Of a stretch of DNA of 38,478 bases, positions 1-12,800 are shown piece by piece. Source of the stretch: Macrostomum lignano (lineage: Eukaryota); assembly GCA_002269645.1 (NCBI GenBank), contig NIVC01004671.1, forward strand, positions 1-38,478. The letters are read 5' to 3'. Numbering within the stretch: the first letter of the stretch is position 1; every line of letters begins with the position of its first letter. Under the pieces are notes generated by a model. It was not told where the DNA came from, searched no databases, and was given only the letters and a program-made list of their open reading frames with translations. Position numbers and translations under genes: made by a program.

Positions 1-59
1 GAAAAAAATTGTTACAGCTGAAGTTTCTTTTTGCATTCTGTAGGATTGTAAACAAATGG

Positions 60-680
60 ATCTGTGGGGGTTTAGTCGCTACCTGGATCTATAGGTATGT
101 GGTCGCTACCCGGATCTATACGTGTGTATTTGGTTCCTACGCGGATTTAGGTGTGTATTTGGTTGCTATCCGGATCTGTGCGTGTTTGGTTGCTACCGCG
201 GATCTATAGGTGTATATGTGATAGCTACCAGATCTGTAGATGTGTATGTGCTTACTACCCGGATCTATAGGTGTTTGTATATGTTTGCTACCCGGATCTA
301 TAGGTGTTTGTTTATGTTTGCTACCCGGATCTATAGGTTGTGTGGTTGCTACCCGGATCTATAGGTGTGTATGTGATTGCTACCTGGATCTGTCGGTATG
401 TGGTCATACATGCGCAGCCTTGGGAATCACCGCCGTTTCTATTAGCAACATACATGTAAGTCGCTATTGGCTGAGAGCAGTCACGTGACTACTATTCTGT
501 CCAATAGCGACTTACATCGTGTGTGTTTCCAATAGGAACGGCCGGGTGAATCACCAAGGTTGCGCCCAAGCATGTATGTGGTTGGCGGTTGCTACCTAGA
601 TTTAGGTGTTATGTGCGTATGTATTTGGTTTTTATCTGGATCTATAGGTGTGTATTTGGTTGCTACCCGGATCTATATGT
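60..680 (+). repeat. Degenerate ~30-bp minisatellite (GCTACCCGGATCTATAGGTGTGTATGTG-like), probably intronic
   Basis: The GCTACC(C/T)GGATCT core recurs about every 30 bp; interrupted by a foldback at 405-578. Confidence 0.8.
405..578. mobile_element. ~175-bp foldback / MITE-like element
   Basis: Nested inverted pairs: CATACATG/CATGTATG, GCGCAGCCTTGG/CCAAGGTTGCGC, ATGTAAGTCGCTATTGG/CCAATAGCGACTTACAT; central palindrome AGTCACGTGACT. Confidence 0.6.
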
Positions 681-771
681 GTGTATGTGGTTGTGCTCCA
701 TAGATGCATGTCAAATAAGCATAGATAAAACAGAGCCACCGCATTTCCCCCCCCCCTCTACCCCGCCGCAG

Positions 772-941
772 TGTGGCTGGTGTCATTCGTGGCCATTCTG
801 ATCATCAGCATGGTGGGCCTCGCAGCCGTGGCTATAGTGCCTCTGGTTCAGTCCACCTATTACAACCACTTCATCCAGTACCTGGTGGCTCTGGCTGTCG
901 GCTCCCTCACAGGCGATGCCATGCTGCACTTGCTGCCTCAC
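772..941 (+). CDS. SLC39A10-like: ZIP (SLC39, LIV-1 subfamily) zinc transporter, internal exon (TM1-TM2); gene 5' end not resolved in window
   Basis: CCGCAG acceptor, WLVSFVAILIIS...ALAVGSLTGDAMLHLLPH, GTAAGC donor at 942. LALAVG.L.GDA.LHLLPH is the ZIP TM2 signature. Confidence 0.92.
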
Positions 942-947
942 GTAAGC

Positions 948-1148
948 AGAGATGCCATTTTTGCACAGAGGGATGCCATTTTTGCACAAAAAGGTGCCAT
1001 TTTTGCACAGAAAGGTGCCATTTTTGCACAGAAAGGTGCCATTTTTGCACAGAGATGCCATTTTTGCACAGAGAGATTCCATTTTTGCACAGAGAGATTC
1101 CATTTTTGCACAGAGAGATGCCATTTTTGCACAGAGAGATGCCATTTT
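948..1148 (+). repeat. Intronic 21-bp minisatellite (GCCATTTTTGCACAGAAAGGT / ...AGAGAT)
   Basis: About 9 tandem units between donor 942 and acceptor 1182. Confidence 0.9.
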
Positions 1149-1182
1149 GAACCTCTCTAATGAAGCCCTTCCACCCCTGCAG

Positions 1183-1350
1183 GCCATAGTCAAGTCAGCC
1201 ATGGAGAATGCTCATGCTGAGCGATGCCACAACGAGCGGCAGACGGTGCTGAAGGGCCTGGTGGCTTTGGGTGGAGTTTATTTCTTCTTTATGGCCGAGA
1301 AGATTGTTGCCCTGGTTACTGAGTACCGCTCGGAGCGGCAGGCCTTGGAG
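1183..1350 (+). CDS. SLC39A10-like: ZIP transporter exon (TM3)
   Basis: CTGCAG acceptor (phase 0), AIVKSAM...VLKGLVALGGVYFFFMAEKIV...QALE, GTGAGA donor. Matches the ZIP6/10 KGL.ALGG.Y..F..E motif. Confidence 0.9.
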
Positions 1351-1370
1351 GTGAGACAGATTCGTGCTAC

Positions 1371-2303
<933 letters not shown>

Positions 2304-2351
2304 TCTGCTCCCCTACCCGCTCCCCTGTCTGCTCATCCGCCCGCTCACCAG

Positions 2352-2390
2352 ACGCTACAAAAAAGTCGAGAACAGAAGCAGCAAGCAGGA
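2352..2390 (+). CDS. Possible 39-nt in-frame micro-exon of the ZIP gene ([13 protein letters not shown])
   Basis: Long pyrimidine tract + CACCAG acceptor, phase 0-0, weak GTAAAA donor. Confidence 0.35.
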
Positions 2391-2599
2391 GTAAAAATGT
2401 TTAGAATTCTTACATCCCAGCTGTGTGAAATTGTCGACTGCAATAGTGGACATTTATTTGTCTCAAAGCTTAGATTGAGGTTGCTTAGCATTTGTCTTTG
2501 AGACTTAGTACAGACATATGGATGCCAATCACAGTTCTCTGTTCGCTAATTACATTCTTTTACACGATTGAGTTCATTAAGCACTCCCATAATTATAGG

Positions 2600-3270
2600 G
2601 ATATAATCCCAAAATTGGGAGATAAAAATCTCATATTTGGGGCTAAAAATCCCATGATTCGGAATGAAAATCCATGATTAGGGATAAATATCTCATGATT
2701 AGGAATGGAAATCCCATGATTGGGGATAAATATCTCATGATTAGGAATGAAAATCCCATGATTAGGGATAAATATCTCATGATTAGGAATGAAAATCCCA
2801 TGATTGGGGATAAATATCTCATGATTTGAAATGAAAATCCCATGATTGGGGATAAATATCTCATGATTCGGAATGAAAATCCCATGATTGGGGATAAATA
2901 TCTCATGATTTGAAATGAAAATCCCATGATTGGGGATAAATATCTCATGATTAGGAATGAAAATCCCATGATTGGGGATAAATATCTCATGATTTGAAAT
3001 GAAAATCCCATGATTGGGGATAAATATCTCATGATTCGGAATGAAAATCCCATGATTGGGGATAAATATCTCATGATTTGAAATGAAAATCCCATGATTG
3101 GGGATAAGTATCTCATGATTCGGAATGAAAATCCCATGATTGGGGATAAACATCTCATGATTCGGAATGAAAATCCCATGATTGGGGATAAATATCCCAT
3201 GATTCGGAATGAAAATCCCATTATTGGGGATAAATATCTCATGATTCGGAATGAAAATCCCATGATTGGG
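2600..3270 (+). repeat. Intronic 42-bp (2x21) minisatellite AATGAAAATCCCATGATTGGG-GATAAATATCTCATGATTCGG
   Basis: About 15 near-identical 42-mers; the two halves share the ATC(C/T)CATGATT core. Confidence 0.95.
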
Positions 3271-3327
3271 AAATGAAAACCTCAAGCTGCAGCAGTTGAG
3301 TCACCAGTGCACCTTCACCATCTCCAG

Positions 3328-3478
3328 GAAGAGGCCGAGCGTGACGCCGCCGCCGGGGACGCCGACAATCGATGCACCAGCGGCGCCACCTCGCAGGAAG
3401 AGCAGCGGCGCCGCGCAACCCGGCTGTTGGGCGCAAAATCCTGCGATGACATTTTCACCACCGGGCTGAGCAGCAAGG
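3328..3478 (+). CDS. SLC39A10-like: ZIP transporter exon (cytoplasmic loop)
   Basis: CATCTCCAG acceptor (phase 0), [10 protein letters not shown]...[25 protein letters not shown] donor (phase 1) compatible with the next exon. Low-conservation sequence, so inferred from splice phase and GC content. Confidence 0.6.
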
Positions 3479-3509
3479 GTGAGCAGAATTTTTGTAGCTT
3501 TTTATGACA

Positions 3510-3805
3510 GATTGGGAATCAGGATCTGGAGATTGGGAATCGGGATCTGGGGATTGGGAATCGGGATCTGGAGATTGGGAATCGGGATCTGGGATTGGGA
3601 ATCGGGATCTGGGGATTGGGAATCGGGATCTAGAGATTGGGAATCGGGATCTGGGATTGGGAATCGGGATCTGGAGATAGGGAGTCGGGATCTGGGATTG
3701 GGAATCGGGATCTGGAGATTGGGAATCGGGATCTGGAGATTGGGAATCGGGATCTGGGATTGGGAATCGGGATCTGGGGATTGGGAATCGGGATCTAGGG
3801 ATTAG
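3510..3805 (+). repeat. Intronic ~21-bp minisatellite GGGAATCGGGATCTGGAGATT
   Basis: About 14 tandem units. Confidence 0.93.
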
Positions 3806-3862
3806 GGATCATTCTCGCTTGATTCCGAGAAGTCCCTCAAATACCACGCCGTGACCCCGCAG

Positions 3863-4408
3863 CTCTCCGCAGCATCGACACATTCAAGAACGCCGCCGAC
3901 TGCAGCAGCGACGACGAGGAGGGCTGCCGCCTGCTGGAAAAGTCGCAGCCGCCGAAGCCCGAGGAGGACGCCAACAGCGGCCCGCCTGCTGTTTCCTCGG
4001 CCGCAGCGAGCGCCGCGCAGTCGTCGCCCCGACGCTGCCTGGAGCCACCGCCGTCGCCAGGCGCTCCAGCCGACGGCACCGCCGCCGCTGCCACCGACGC
4101 TGCCGCCGAAGCCGGCAAATCCGACAACCACGACGTCCAGCTGGTTGTGCCGTCCTCTGCCGCTAGAAAATCCTCGCTAAAGGAGAAAGGTCACGGGCAC
4201 GGTCACGGTCACGGGCACGGTCACGGTCACGGGCACGGTCACGAGATGCCCCAGTCAATGGTGTCGGTGGCTTGGATGGTGATTTTTGGTGACGGCCTGC
4301 ACAACTTCACTGATGGCCTCGCGATCGGGGCGGCCTTCGCGCAGAGCATCACGGGAGGCATCTCAACCAGCATTGCCGTGTTCTGCCACGAGCTGCCGCA
4401 CGAGCTGG
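3863..4408 (+). CDS. SLC39A10-like: ZIP transporter exon: loop, (GH)9 tract, TM4 and TM5 start
   Basis: CCGCAG acceptor (phase 1); open to [23 protein letters not shown]...[13 protein letters not shown]; GTGAGT donor at 4409. Contains the LIV-1 HEXPHEXGD motif. Confidence 0.92.
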
Positions 4409-4409
4409 G

Positions 4410-6400
4410 TGAGTGGGACCTAGGAGCGGGATCTGAGAGCGGGATCTGGGAACGGGATCTGGGAGTGGGATCTGTGAACGGGATCTGGGAGTCGGGATTT
4501 GAGAGCGAAATCCAGGAGTGGGATCTGGGAGTCGTGATCTCTGAGTTGGATCTGGGAGTCGGGATCTTTGAGTTTTGAATCTGGGAGTCGGGATCTTTGA
4601 GTTGGATCTGCGAGTCAAGATCTCTGAGTGGGATCTGGAAGTCGGGATCTCTGAACGGGATCTGGGAGTCGGGATCTCTGAGTGGGATCTGGGAGTCAAG
4701 ATCTCTGACCGGGATCTGGGAGTCGGATCTCTGAGTGGGATCTGGGAGTCGGGATCTCTGAGCGGGATCTGGGAGTCGGGATCTCTGAGCGGGATCTGGG
4801 AGTCGGGATCTTTGAGTGGGATCTGGGAGTCGGATCTCTGAGTGGGATCTGGGAGTCGGATCTCTGAGTGGGATCTGGGAGTCGGGATCTCTGACCGGGA
4901 TCTGGAAGTCGGGATCTTTGAGTGGGATCTGGGAGTCGGATCTCTGAGTGGGATCTGGGAGTCGGATCTCTGAGTGGGATCTGGGAGTCGGGATCTCTGA
5001 CCGGGATCTGGGAGTCGGGATCTCTGACCGGGATCTGGGAGTCGGATCTCTGAGTGGGATCTGGGAGTCGAGATCTCTGAGCGGGATCTGGGAGTCGAGA
5101 TCTCTGAACGGGATCTGGGAGTCAAGATCTCTGACCGGGATCTGGAAGTCGGGATCTTTGAGTGGCATCTGGGAGTCGGGATTTCTGAACGGGATCTGGG
5201 AGTCGGGATTTCTGAACGGGATCTGGGAGTCGAGATCTCTGAACGGGATCTGGGAGTCGAGATCTCTGAACGGGATCTGGGAGTCAAGATCTCTGAGCGG
5301 GATCTGGGAGTCGGATCTCTGAGTGGGATCTGGGAGTCGGATCTCTGAGTGGGATCTGGGAGTCGGATCTCTGAGTGGGATCTGGGAGTCGGATCTCTGA
5401 GTGGGATCTGGGAGTCGGGATTTAAGAGCGAAATCCAGGAGTGGGATCTGGGAGTCGTGATCTCTGAGTTGGATCTGGGAGTCGGGATCTTTGAGTTTTG
5501 AATCTGGGAGTCGGGATCTTTGAGTTGGATCTGCGAGTCAAGATCTCTGAGTGGGATCTGGAAGTCGGGATCTCTGAACGGGATCTGGGAGTCGGGATCT
5601 CTGAGTTGGATCTGGGAGTCGGGATCTCTGAACGGGATCTGGAGTCGAGATCTCTGAGAGGGATCTGGGAGTCGGGATCTCTGAACGGGATCTGGGAGTC
5701 AAGATCTCTGACCGGGATCTGGGAGTCGGATCTCTGAGTGGGATCTGGGAGTCGGGATCTTTGAGTGGGATCTAGGAGTCGGGATTTCTGAACGGGATCT
5801 GGGAGTCGAGATCTCTGACCGGGATCTGGAAGTCGGGATCTTTGAGTGGGATCTGGGAGTCGGATCTCTGAGTGGGATCTGGGAGTCGAGATCTCTGAGC
5901 GGGATCTGGGAGTCGAGATCTCTGACCGGGATCTGGAAGTCAAGATCTCTGACCGGGATCTGGAAGTCGGGATCTTTGAGTGGGATCTGGGAGTCGGGAT
6001 TTCTGAACGGGATCTGGGAGTCGGGATTTCTGAACGGGATCTGGGAGTCGAGATCTCTGAACGGGATCTGGGAGTCAAGATCTCTGACCGGGATCTGGGA
6101 GTCGGATCTCTGACCGGGATATGGGAGTCGGATCTCTGAGTGGGATCTGGGAGTCGGATCTCTGAGTGGGATCTGGGAGTCGGATCTCTGAGTGGGATCT
6201 GGGAGTCTGGATCTCTGAGCGGGATCTGGGAGTCGGGATCTCTGATCGGGATCTGGGAGTCGGATCTCTGAGTGGGATCTGGGAGTCGGGATCTCTGACC
6301 GGGATCTGGGAGTCGGGAACTCTGACCGGGATCTGGGAGTCGGGATCTCTGAGCGGGATCTGGGAGTCGGATCTCTGAGTGGGATCTGGGAGTCGGGATC
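4410..6400 (+). repeat. Intronic 26-27-bp minisatellite (GGGATCTGGGAGTCGG(G)ATCTCTGAGT), ~2 kb
   Basis: Direct reading. A variant block near 4490-4700 recurs ~923 bp later, indicating a higher-order duplication. Confidence 0.95.
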
Positions 6401-6465
6401 CTGTCACCTGAATAAGACGAGCGTCAATTAGAAGAGAGGCGGCTTGACTCTCATCTGCATTCCAG

Positions 6466-6653
6466 GCGATTTCGCCGTGCTGCTGAAGACCGGCATGCGG
6501 GTGAAGCAGGCGCTGATGTACAACATCCTGTCCTCCGGGCTGGCCGCCGTTGGCATGGTGATCGGCATCTTCCTTGGCAACGTGACCAGCGCCAGCTACT
6601 GGATCTTCGCCATCACTGGTGGCATCTTCATCTACATCTCCCTGGTGGACATG
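6466..6653 (+). CDS. SLC39A10-like: ZIP transporter exon (TM5-TM7)
   Basis: TTCCAG acceptor (phase 1) completes HELG-DFAVLLKTGM...WIFAITGGIFIYISLVDM; GTGAGC donor. Confidence 0.95.
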
Positions 6654-6714
6654 GTGAGCTGGATCAACGCTGCAGCCTGGAATTCCTGGCCTTACCTAGT
6701 AGCAAACCTAATGC

Positions 6715-6910
6715 CAAGATCCCAGAATCCCAGATCACAGGATTCCAGATCCAAGATCCCAGAATCCTAGATCCCAGAATCCCAAATCCCAGATCCCAGA
6801 ATTCCAGATCCCAGATCCCAGAATCCCAAATCTCAGAATCCCAGATCCCAGAATCCCAAATCCCAGATGCCAGGATTTTAGAATCCCAGATTCATATCTC
6901 AAAATCCCAG
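6715..6910 (-). repeat. Short-unit (7-8 bp) CCCAGA(A)T repeat, the reverse complement of the GGGATCTGGG arrays
   Basis: Runs of CCCAGATCCCAGAATCC. Confidence 0.8.
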
Positions 6911-6937
6911 ATACAAATCTTGGATCTTGGCACCTCT

Positions 6938-7138
6938 GAATTCGAACCCAGGACCTATGGGTCCGATCCCGGGACCGATGGATTCGAACCCAGGACCTAT
7001 GGGTCCGATCCCGGGACCGATGGATTCGAACCCAGGACCTATGGGTCCGATCCCGGGACCGATGGATTCGAACCCAGGACCCATCGATCCGATCCCGGCA
7101 CCCATGGCTTCAAACCCAAATGCACATGGATTCGAATC
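6938..7138 (-). repeat. 42-bp (2x21) tandem repeat containing GGTTCGAATCC (Pol III B-box consensus) on the minus strand
   Basis: Plus-strand unit GGATTCGAACCCAGGACCTATGGGTCCGATCCCGGGACCGAT; about 4 units plus degenerate ends. Confidence 0.85.
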
Positions 7139-7233
7139 TGAAAGATTTAGTCTCTAATCCCTTAGATTGCGGACCGCCATGAAGTCTTAGGAAAAGTCCT
7201 GCTCAATAAAACTCCTCAATTTGCCGTCCGCAG

Positions 7234-7416
7234 CTGCCCGAGCTCAACCTGGTGAACGTAAAGCCGGGCGAGTCGCGAATCGCGCACTTCTTCCTGCAGA
7301 ATGTTGGCATCATGACGGGCGTCGGGGTGATGTTCACCATCGCCGTATTCGAGGAGGACATCAAGGGGATGCTGGGAGACGAGGAGAAGAAGGTCGTCAT
7401 GGACGGTCCCTGCTGA
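7234..7416 (+). CDS. SLC39A10-like: ZIP transporter terminal exon (TM8 and stop)
   Basis: CCGCAG acceptor (phase 0), LPELNLVNVKPGESRIAHFFLQNVGIMTGVGVMFTIAVFEEDIK...GPC, TGA at 7414-7416. Missed by the ORF track because it has no start codon. Confidence 0.92.
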   Translation: MPELNLVNVKPGESRIAHFFLQNVGIMTGVGVMFTIAVFEEDIKGMLGDEEKKVVMDGPC

Positions 7417-7674
7417 GATGCCGAAATCGGGAATTTTAGCCACTGAATTCTCGCCATTTGCACTTTTATTTAGATCAAATACGGAAAATTATATTTTTTA
7501 GCTAAAAAGTCATCAATTCTACTGATCGGTCGCTTTTAAGTAGCGTGATGCGAAAATTATGTCAGTAAATTGTTTTTTTTTCCTAGAATTTTCAAGTGCT
7601 TCCCTGATAAACCTTTTTGTAAATTAATAATTAAAAAATTGTTGTGGAGTTCTAGTGCGGCCGACCCTCTTTGA

Positions 7675-8765
7675 ACTGACCTTCATTGACCTGACCTTCA
7701 TTAACCTGAGCTTCATTGACCTGACCTTCATTAACCTGAGCTTCATTGACCTGACCTTCATTGACTTATCTTCATTGACCTGACCTTCATTGACTTGACC
7801 TTCATTGACCTGACCTTCATTAACCTGAGCTTCATTGACCTGACCTTCATTGACTTATCTTCATTGACCTGAACTTCATTGACTTGACCTTCATTGACCT
7901 GATCTTCATTGACCTGACCTTCATTGACCTGATCTTCTTTGACCTGACCTTCTTTTGACCCGATCTTCATTGACCTGACCTTCATTGAACTGACCTTCAT
8001 TGACCTGACCTTCATTGACCTGACCTGCTCGTACATTGACGTATTCTTTGACCTGACCTTCATTGACCTACCTTATTTGACCTGACCTTCATTGACCTAC
8101 CTTCTTTGACCTGACCTTCATTGACTTGACCTTCATTGACCTGACCTTCATTAACCTGAGCTTCATTGACCTGACCTTCATTGACTTATCTTCATTGACC
8201 TGACCTTCATTGACTTGACCTTCATTGACCTGATCTTCATTGACCTGACCTTCATTGACCTGATCTTCTTTGACCTGACCTTCTTTTGACCCGATCTTCA
8301 TTGACCTGACCTTCATTGAACTGACCTTCATTGACCTGACCTTCATTGACCTGACCTGCTCGTACATTGACGTATTCTTTGACCTGACCTTCATTGACCT
8401 ACCTTATTTGACCTGACCTTCATTGACCTACCTTCTTTGACCTGACCTTCATTGACTTGACCTTCATTGACCTGACCTTCATTAACCTGAGCTTCATTGA
8501 CCTGACCTTCATTGACTTATCTTCATTGACCTGACCTTCATTGACTTGACCTTCATTGACCTGATCTTCATTGACCTGACCTTCATTGACCTGATCTTCA
8601 TTGACCTGACCTTCTTTTGACCTGATCTTCATTGACCTGACCTTCATTGAACTGACCTTCATTGACCTGACCTTCATTGACCTGACCTGCTCGTACATTG
8701 ACGTATTCTTTGACCTGACCTTCATTGACCTACCTTCTTTGACCTGACCTACATTGACCTGACCT
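7675..8765 (+). repeat. 15-bp satellite (TTCATTGACCTGACC) with a ~331-bp higher-order period
   Basis: The marker CTGCTCGTACATTGACGTATTC recurs near 8025, 8356 and 8687. Confidence 0.95.
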
Positions 8766-9819
8766 CGCTTCAGTGCTGGAGGGGCATTCAGGATAATGGC
8801 CATCTGTCTCATCAGTCATCACCAAGCTTTAATTATAAATCTCTTTTTATTAAACAATTTTGCTGCCGAATGAAACATTTGAGAACGCAGTGATTGTCTG
8901 TGCCTAACTTCTGGAATATGAATTGCATTACGACTTATTATTTAGCAAATTTATCTGTAATTATCGCACTATTAATCCAAATATTTATGTCACTTTTTTG
9001 TATAATACACTGTGTAGAGTCGTTATTACCAATTTAAACAAAACTTGCACACAAATTTTCTATGCAAATCGGCCACGAGAAATGTGCGAAAGTTCGACAC
9101 CGAGTTTGGATAGAGTTTGCCATCAATGTATTACACCTGTAAGCCACATAATCTATTGTGCTCATAAAATGTTCATCACGAGCCGTTGTGTTAATCCACT
9201 CTTTAATCCCAAATTAGCATTAATACTTGTTGAGCTTCTCCAGTGCTTTGGAAGTTTTTTCATTATTAGGTGTTCGAGTAAAAAACCTGCTGTTTCTACT
9301 ATAAGTAGTTGAAGCTGCACTGAAGGGCAGGCTGCCAATTCTCGCACTGGACACTGCGCAGTGTTTTGCGTCACAACTCACACAATGTTTTTTTTAGCTC
9401 TCGCTACATTTGCTGAAATTCTTCTTTTAAAAAATTGTTTTACCTGCTGGCTACCTCCCAGTTGCTTAATTCGGCACTGGGATTCGAATTCTGCCGCTTC
9501 TCTCTCTCTCTCTCTGTCTGTCTCAGTTATTACCGTTTTGTTCACAGTTCTATGGTTTTATCCTCGTTTTTATTTAAGTATTCCGCAGTTTCTGCTTGGC
9601 ACCTGTTGCTGGTTAACCATAGTTAAGTCATAAACTGACGCCAGACTGCTGACCACGCTGATTGTACGAATAACCTGGCATTGAAATCCAACTAGTTAAT
9701 ATACACAAGTGCTTGCTATGGAATTTTGAGCAACTTGACTTTTCGCTTCATGCTTTTGCTAGGCTGGCTAGGTCTGAGAGTCAGGGAGTTGCACTCTGAG
9801 GCGGTCTGGGGCTACAATC

Positions 9820-12800
9820 TGGGGGCCGGAATCTGGGAGCGGGATCTGGCAGTGGGATCTCGTAATGGGATCTGAGATCTGAAACTAGCATCTGGGATTG
9901 AGAATGGGATCTAGAACTGCAAAAGGGATCTGGGATTGAGAATGGGATCTGGAACTGAGAATGGGATGGGGCCGGACTTGAGAATGGGGTGGGGTAATGA
10001 GAATGGGATCGGGAGCTGAGAATGGGATCTGGGACTGAGAATGGGTTCTGGGACTGAGAATGTGATCTGGGACTCAGAATGGGATCTGGGACTGAGAATG
10101 GGATCCGGGACTCAGAATGGGATCTGTGACTGAGAATGGGATCTGTGACTGAGAATGTGATCTGGGACTCAGAATGGGATCTGGGACTGAGAATGGGATC
10201 CGGGACTCAGAATGGGATCTGTGACTGAGAATGGGATCTGTGACTAATTATAAGGGGATCTGAGACTGAGAATTGGATCTGGGACTGAGAATGGGATCTG
10301 TGACTGAGAATGTGATCTGGGACTCAGAATGGGATCTGGGACTGAGAATGGGATCTGTGACTGAGAATGTGATCTGGGACTCAGAATGGGATCTGTGACT
10401 GAGAATGGGATCTGTGACTAATTATAAGGGGATCTGAGACTGAGAATTGGATCTGGGACTGAGAATGGGATCTGTGACTGAAATGTGATCTGGGACTCAG
10501 AATGGGATCTGGGACTGAGAATGGGATCTGTGACTGAGAATGTGATCTGGGACTCAGAATGGGATCTGTGACTGAGAATGGGATCTGTGACTAATTATAA
10601 GGGGATCTGAGACTGAGAATGGGATCTGGGACTGAGAATGGGATCTGTGACTGAGAATGTGATCTGGGACTCAGAATGGGATCTGTGACTGAGAATGGGA
10701 TCTGTGACTAATTATAAGGGGATCTGAGACTGAGAATGTGATCTGGGACTCAGAATGGAATCTGGGACTGAGAATGGGATCCGGGACTCAGAATGGGATC
10801 TGGGACTGAGAATGGGATCTGTGACTGAGAATGTGATCTGGGACTCAGAATGGGATCTGGACTGAGAATGGGATCCGGGACTCAGAATGGGATCTGTGAC
10901 TGAGAATGGGATCTGTGACTAATTATAAGGGGATCTGAGACTGAGAATTGGATCTGGGACTGAGAATGGGATCTGTGACTGTGAATGTGATCTGGGACTC
11001 AGAATGGGATCTGGACTGAGAATGGGATCTGTGACTGAGAATGTGATCTGGGACTCAGAATGGGATCTGTGACTGAGAATGGGATCTGTGACTAATTATA
11101 AGGGGATCTGAGACTGAGAATGGATCTGGGACTGAGAATGGGATCTGTGACTGAGAATGTGATCTGGGACTCAGAATGGGATCTGTGACTGAGAATGGGA
11201 TCTGTGACTAATTATAAGGGGATCTGAGACTGAGAATGGGATCTGTGACTGAGAATGGGATCTGTGACTAATTATAAAGGGATCTGAGACTGAGAATGGG
11301 ATCTAGGACTCAGAATGGGATCTGGGACTGAGAATGGGATCCGGGACTCAGAATAGGATCTGTGACTGAGAATGGGATCTGTGACTAATTATAATGGGAT
11401 CTGAGACTGAGAATGGGATCTGGGACTGAGAATGGGATCTGGGACTGAGAATGAGATCCGGGACTCAGAATGGGATCTGGGGCTGAGAATGGGATCTGGG
11501 GCTGAGAATGGGATCTGTGAATAATTATAATGGGATCTGAGACTGAGAATGGGATCTGGGACTGAGAATGGGATCTGTGACTAATTATAATGGGATCTGG
11601 GACTGAGAATGGGATCTGTGACTAATTAAAATGGGATCTGGGACTGAGAATGGGATCCGGGACTCAGAATGGGATCTGGGACTGAGAATGGGATCTGTGA
11701 CTGAGAATGTGATCTGGGACTCAGAATGGGATCTGGGACTGAGAATGGGATCCGGGACTCAGAATGGGATCTGTGACTGAGAATGGGATCTGTGACTAAT
11801 TATAAGGGGATCTGAGACTGAGAATTGGATCTGGGACTGAGAATGGGATCTGTGACTGTGAATGTGATCTGGGACTCAGAATGGGATCTGGGACTGAGAA
11901 TGGGATCTGTGACTGAGAATGTGATCTGGGACTCAGAATGGGATCTGTGACTGAGAATGGGATCTGTGACTAATTATAAGGGGATCTGAGACTGAGAATG
12001 GGATCTGGGACTGAGAATGGGATCTGTGACTGAGAATGTGATCTGGGACTCAGAATGGGATCTGTGACTGAGAATGGGATCTGTGACTAATTATAAGGGG
12101 ATCTGAGACTGAGAATGGGATCTGGGACTGAGAATGGGATCTGTGACTAATTATAAAGGGATCTGAGACTGAGAATGGGATCTAGGACTCAGAATGGGAT
12201 CTGGGACTGAGAATGGGATCCGGGACTCAGAATAGGATCTGTGACTGAGAATGGGATCTGTGACTAATTATAATGGGATCTGAGACTGAGAATGGGATCT
12301 GGGACTGAGAATGGGATCTGAGACTGAGAATGGGATCTGGGACTGAGAATGAGATCCGGGACTCAGAATGGGATCTGGGGCTGAGAATGGGATCTGGGGC
12401 TGAGAATGGGATCTGTGAATAATTATAATGGGATCTGAGACTGAGAATGGGATCTGGGACTGAGAATGGGATCTGTGACTAATTATAATGGGATCTGGGA
12501 CTGAGAATGGGATCAGTGACTGAGAATGGAATCTGTGACTAATTATAATGGGATCTGCGACTGAGAATGGGATCTGGGACTGAGAATGGGATCCGGGACT
12601 CAGAATGGGATCTGTGACTGAGAATGGGATCTGTGACTAATTATAATGGGATCTGAGACTGAGAATGGGATCTAAGACTGAGAATGGGATCTGGGACTGA
12701 GAATGGGATCCGGGACTCAGAATGGGATCTGTGACTGAGAATGGGATCTGTGACTAATTATAAGGGGATCTGAGACTGAGAATTGGATCTGGGACTGAGA

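Noticed and set aside
6938-7138. tRNA gene
   Set aside because: Only the T-arm/B-box is present; no acceptor stem, D-arm or anticodon arm.
6899-7157. Collagen-like Gly-Pro ORFs on both strands
   Set aside because: By-product of the 42-bp repeat inside a ZIP intron; no continuous Gly-X-Y register or gene context.
8760-9700. Possible minus-strand exons between the satellites (for example LVMTDETDGHYPECPSSTEAR)
   Set aside because: Short, no recognisable family and no consistent splice chain; needs RNA-seq.
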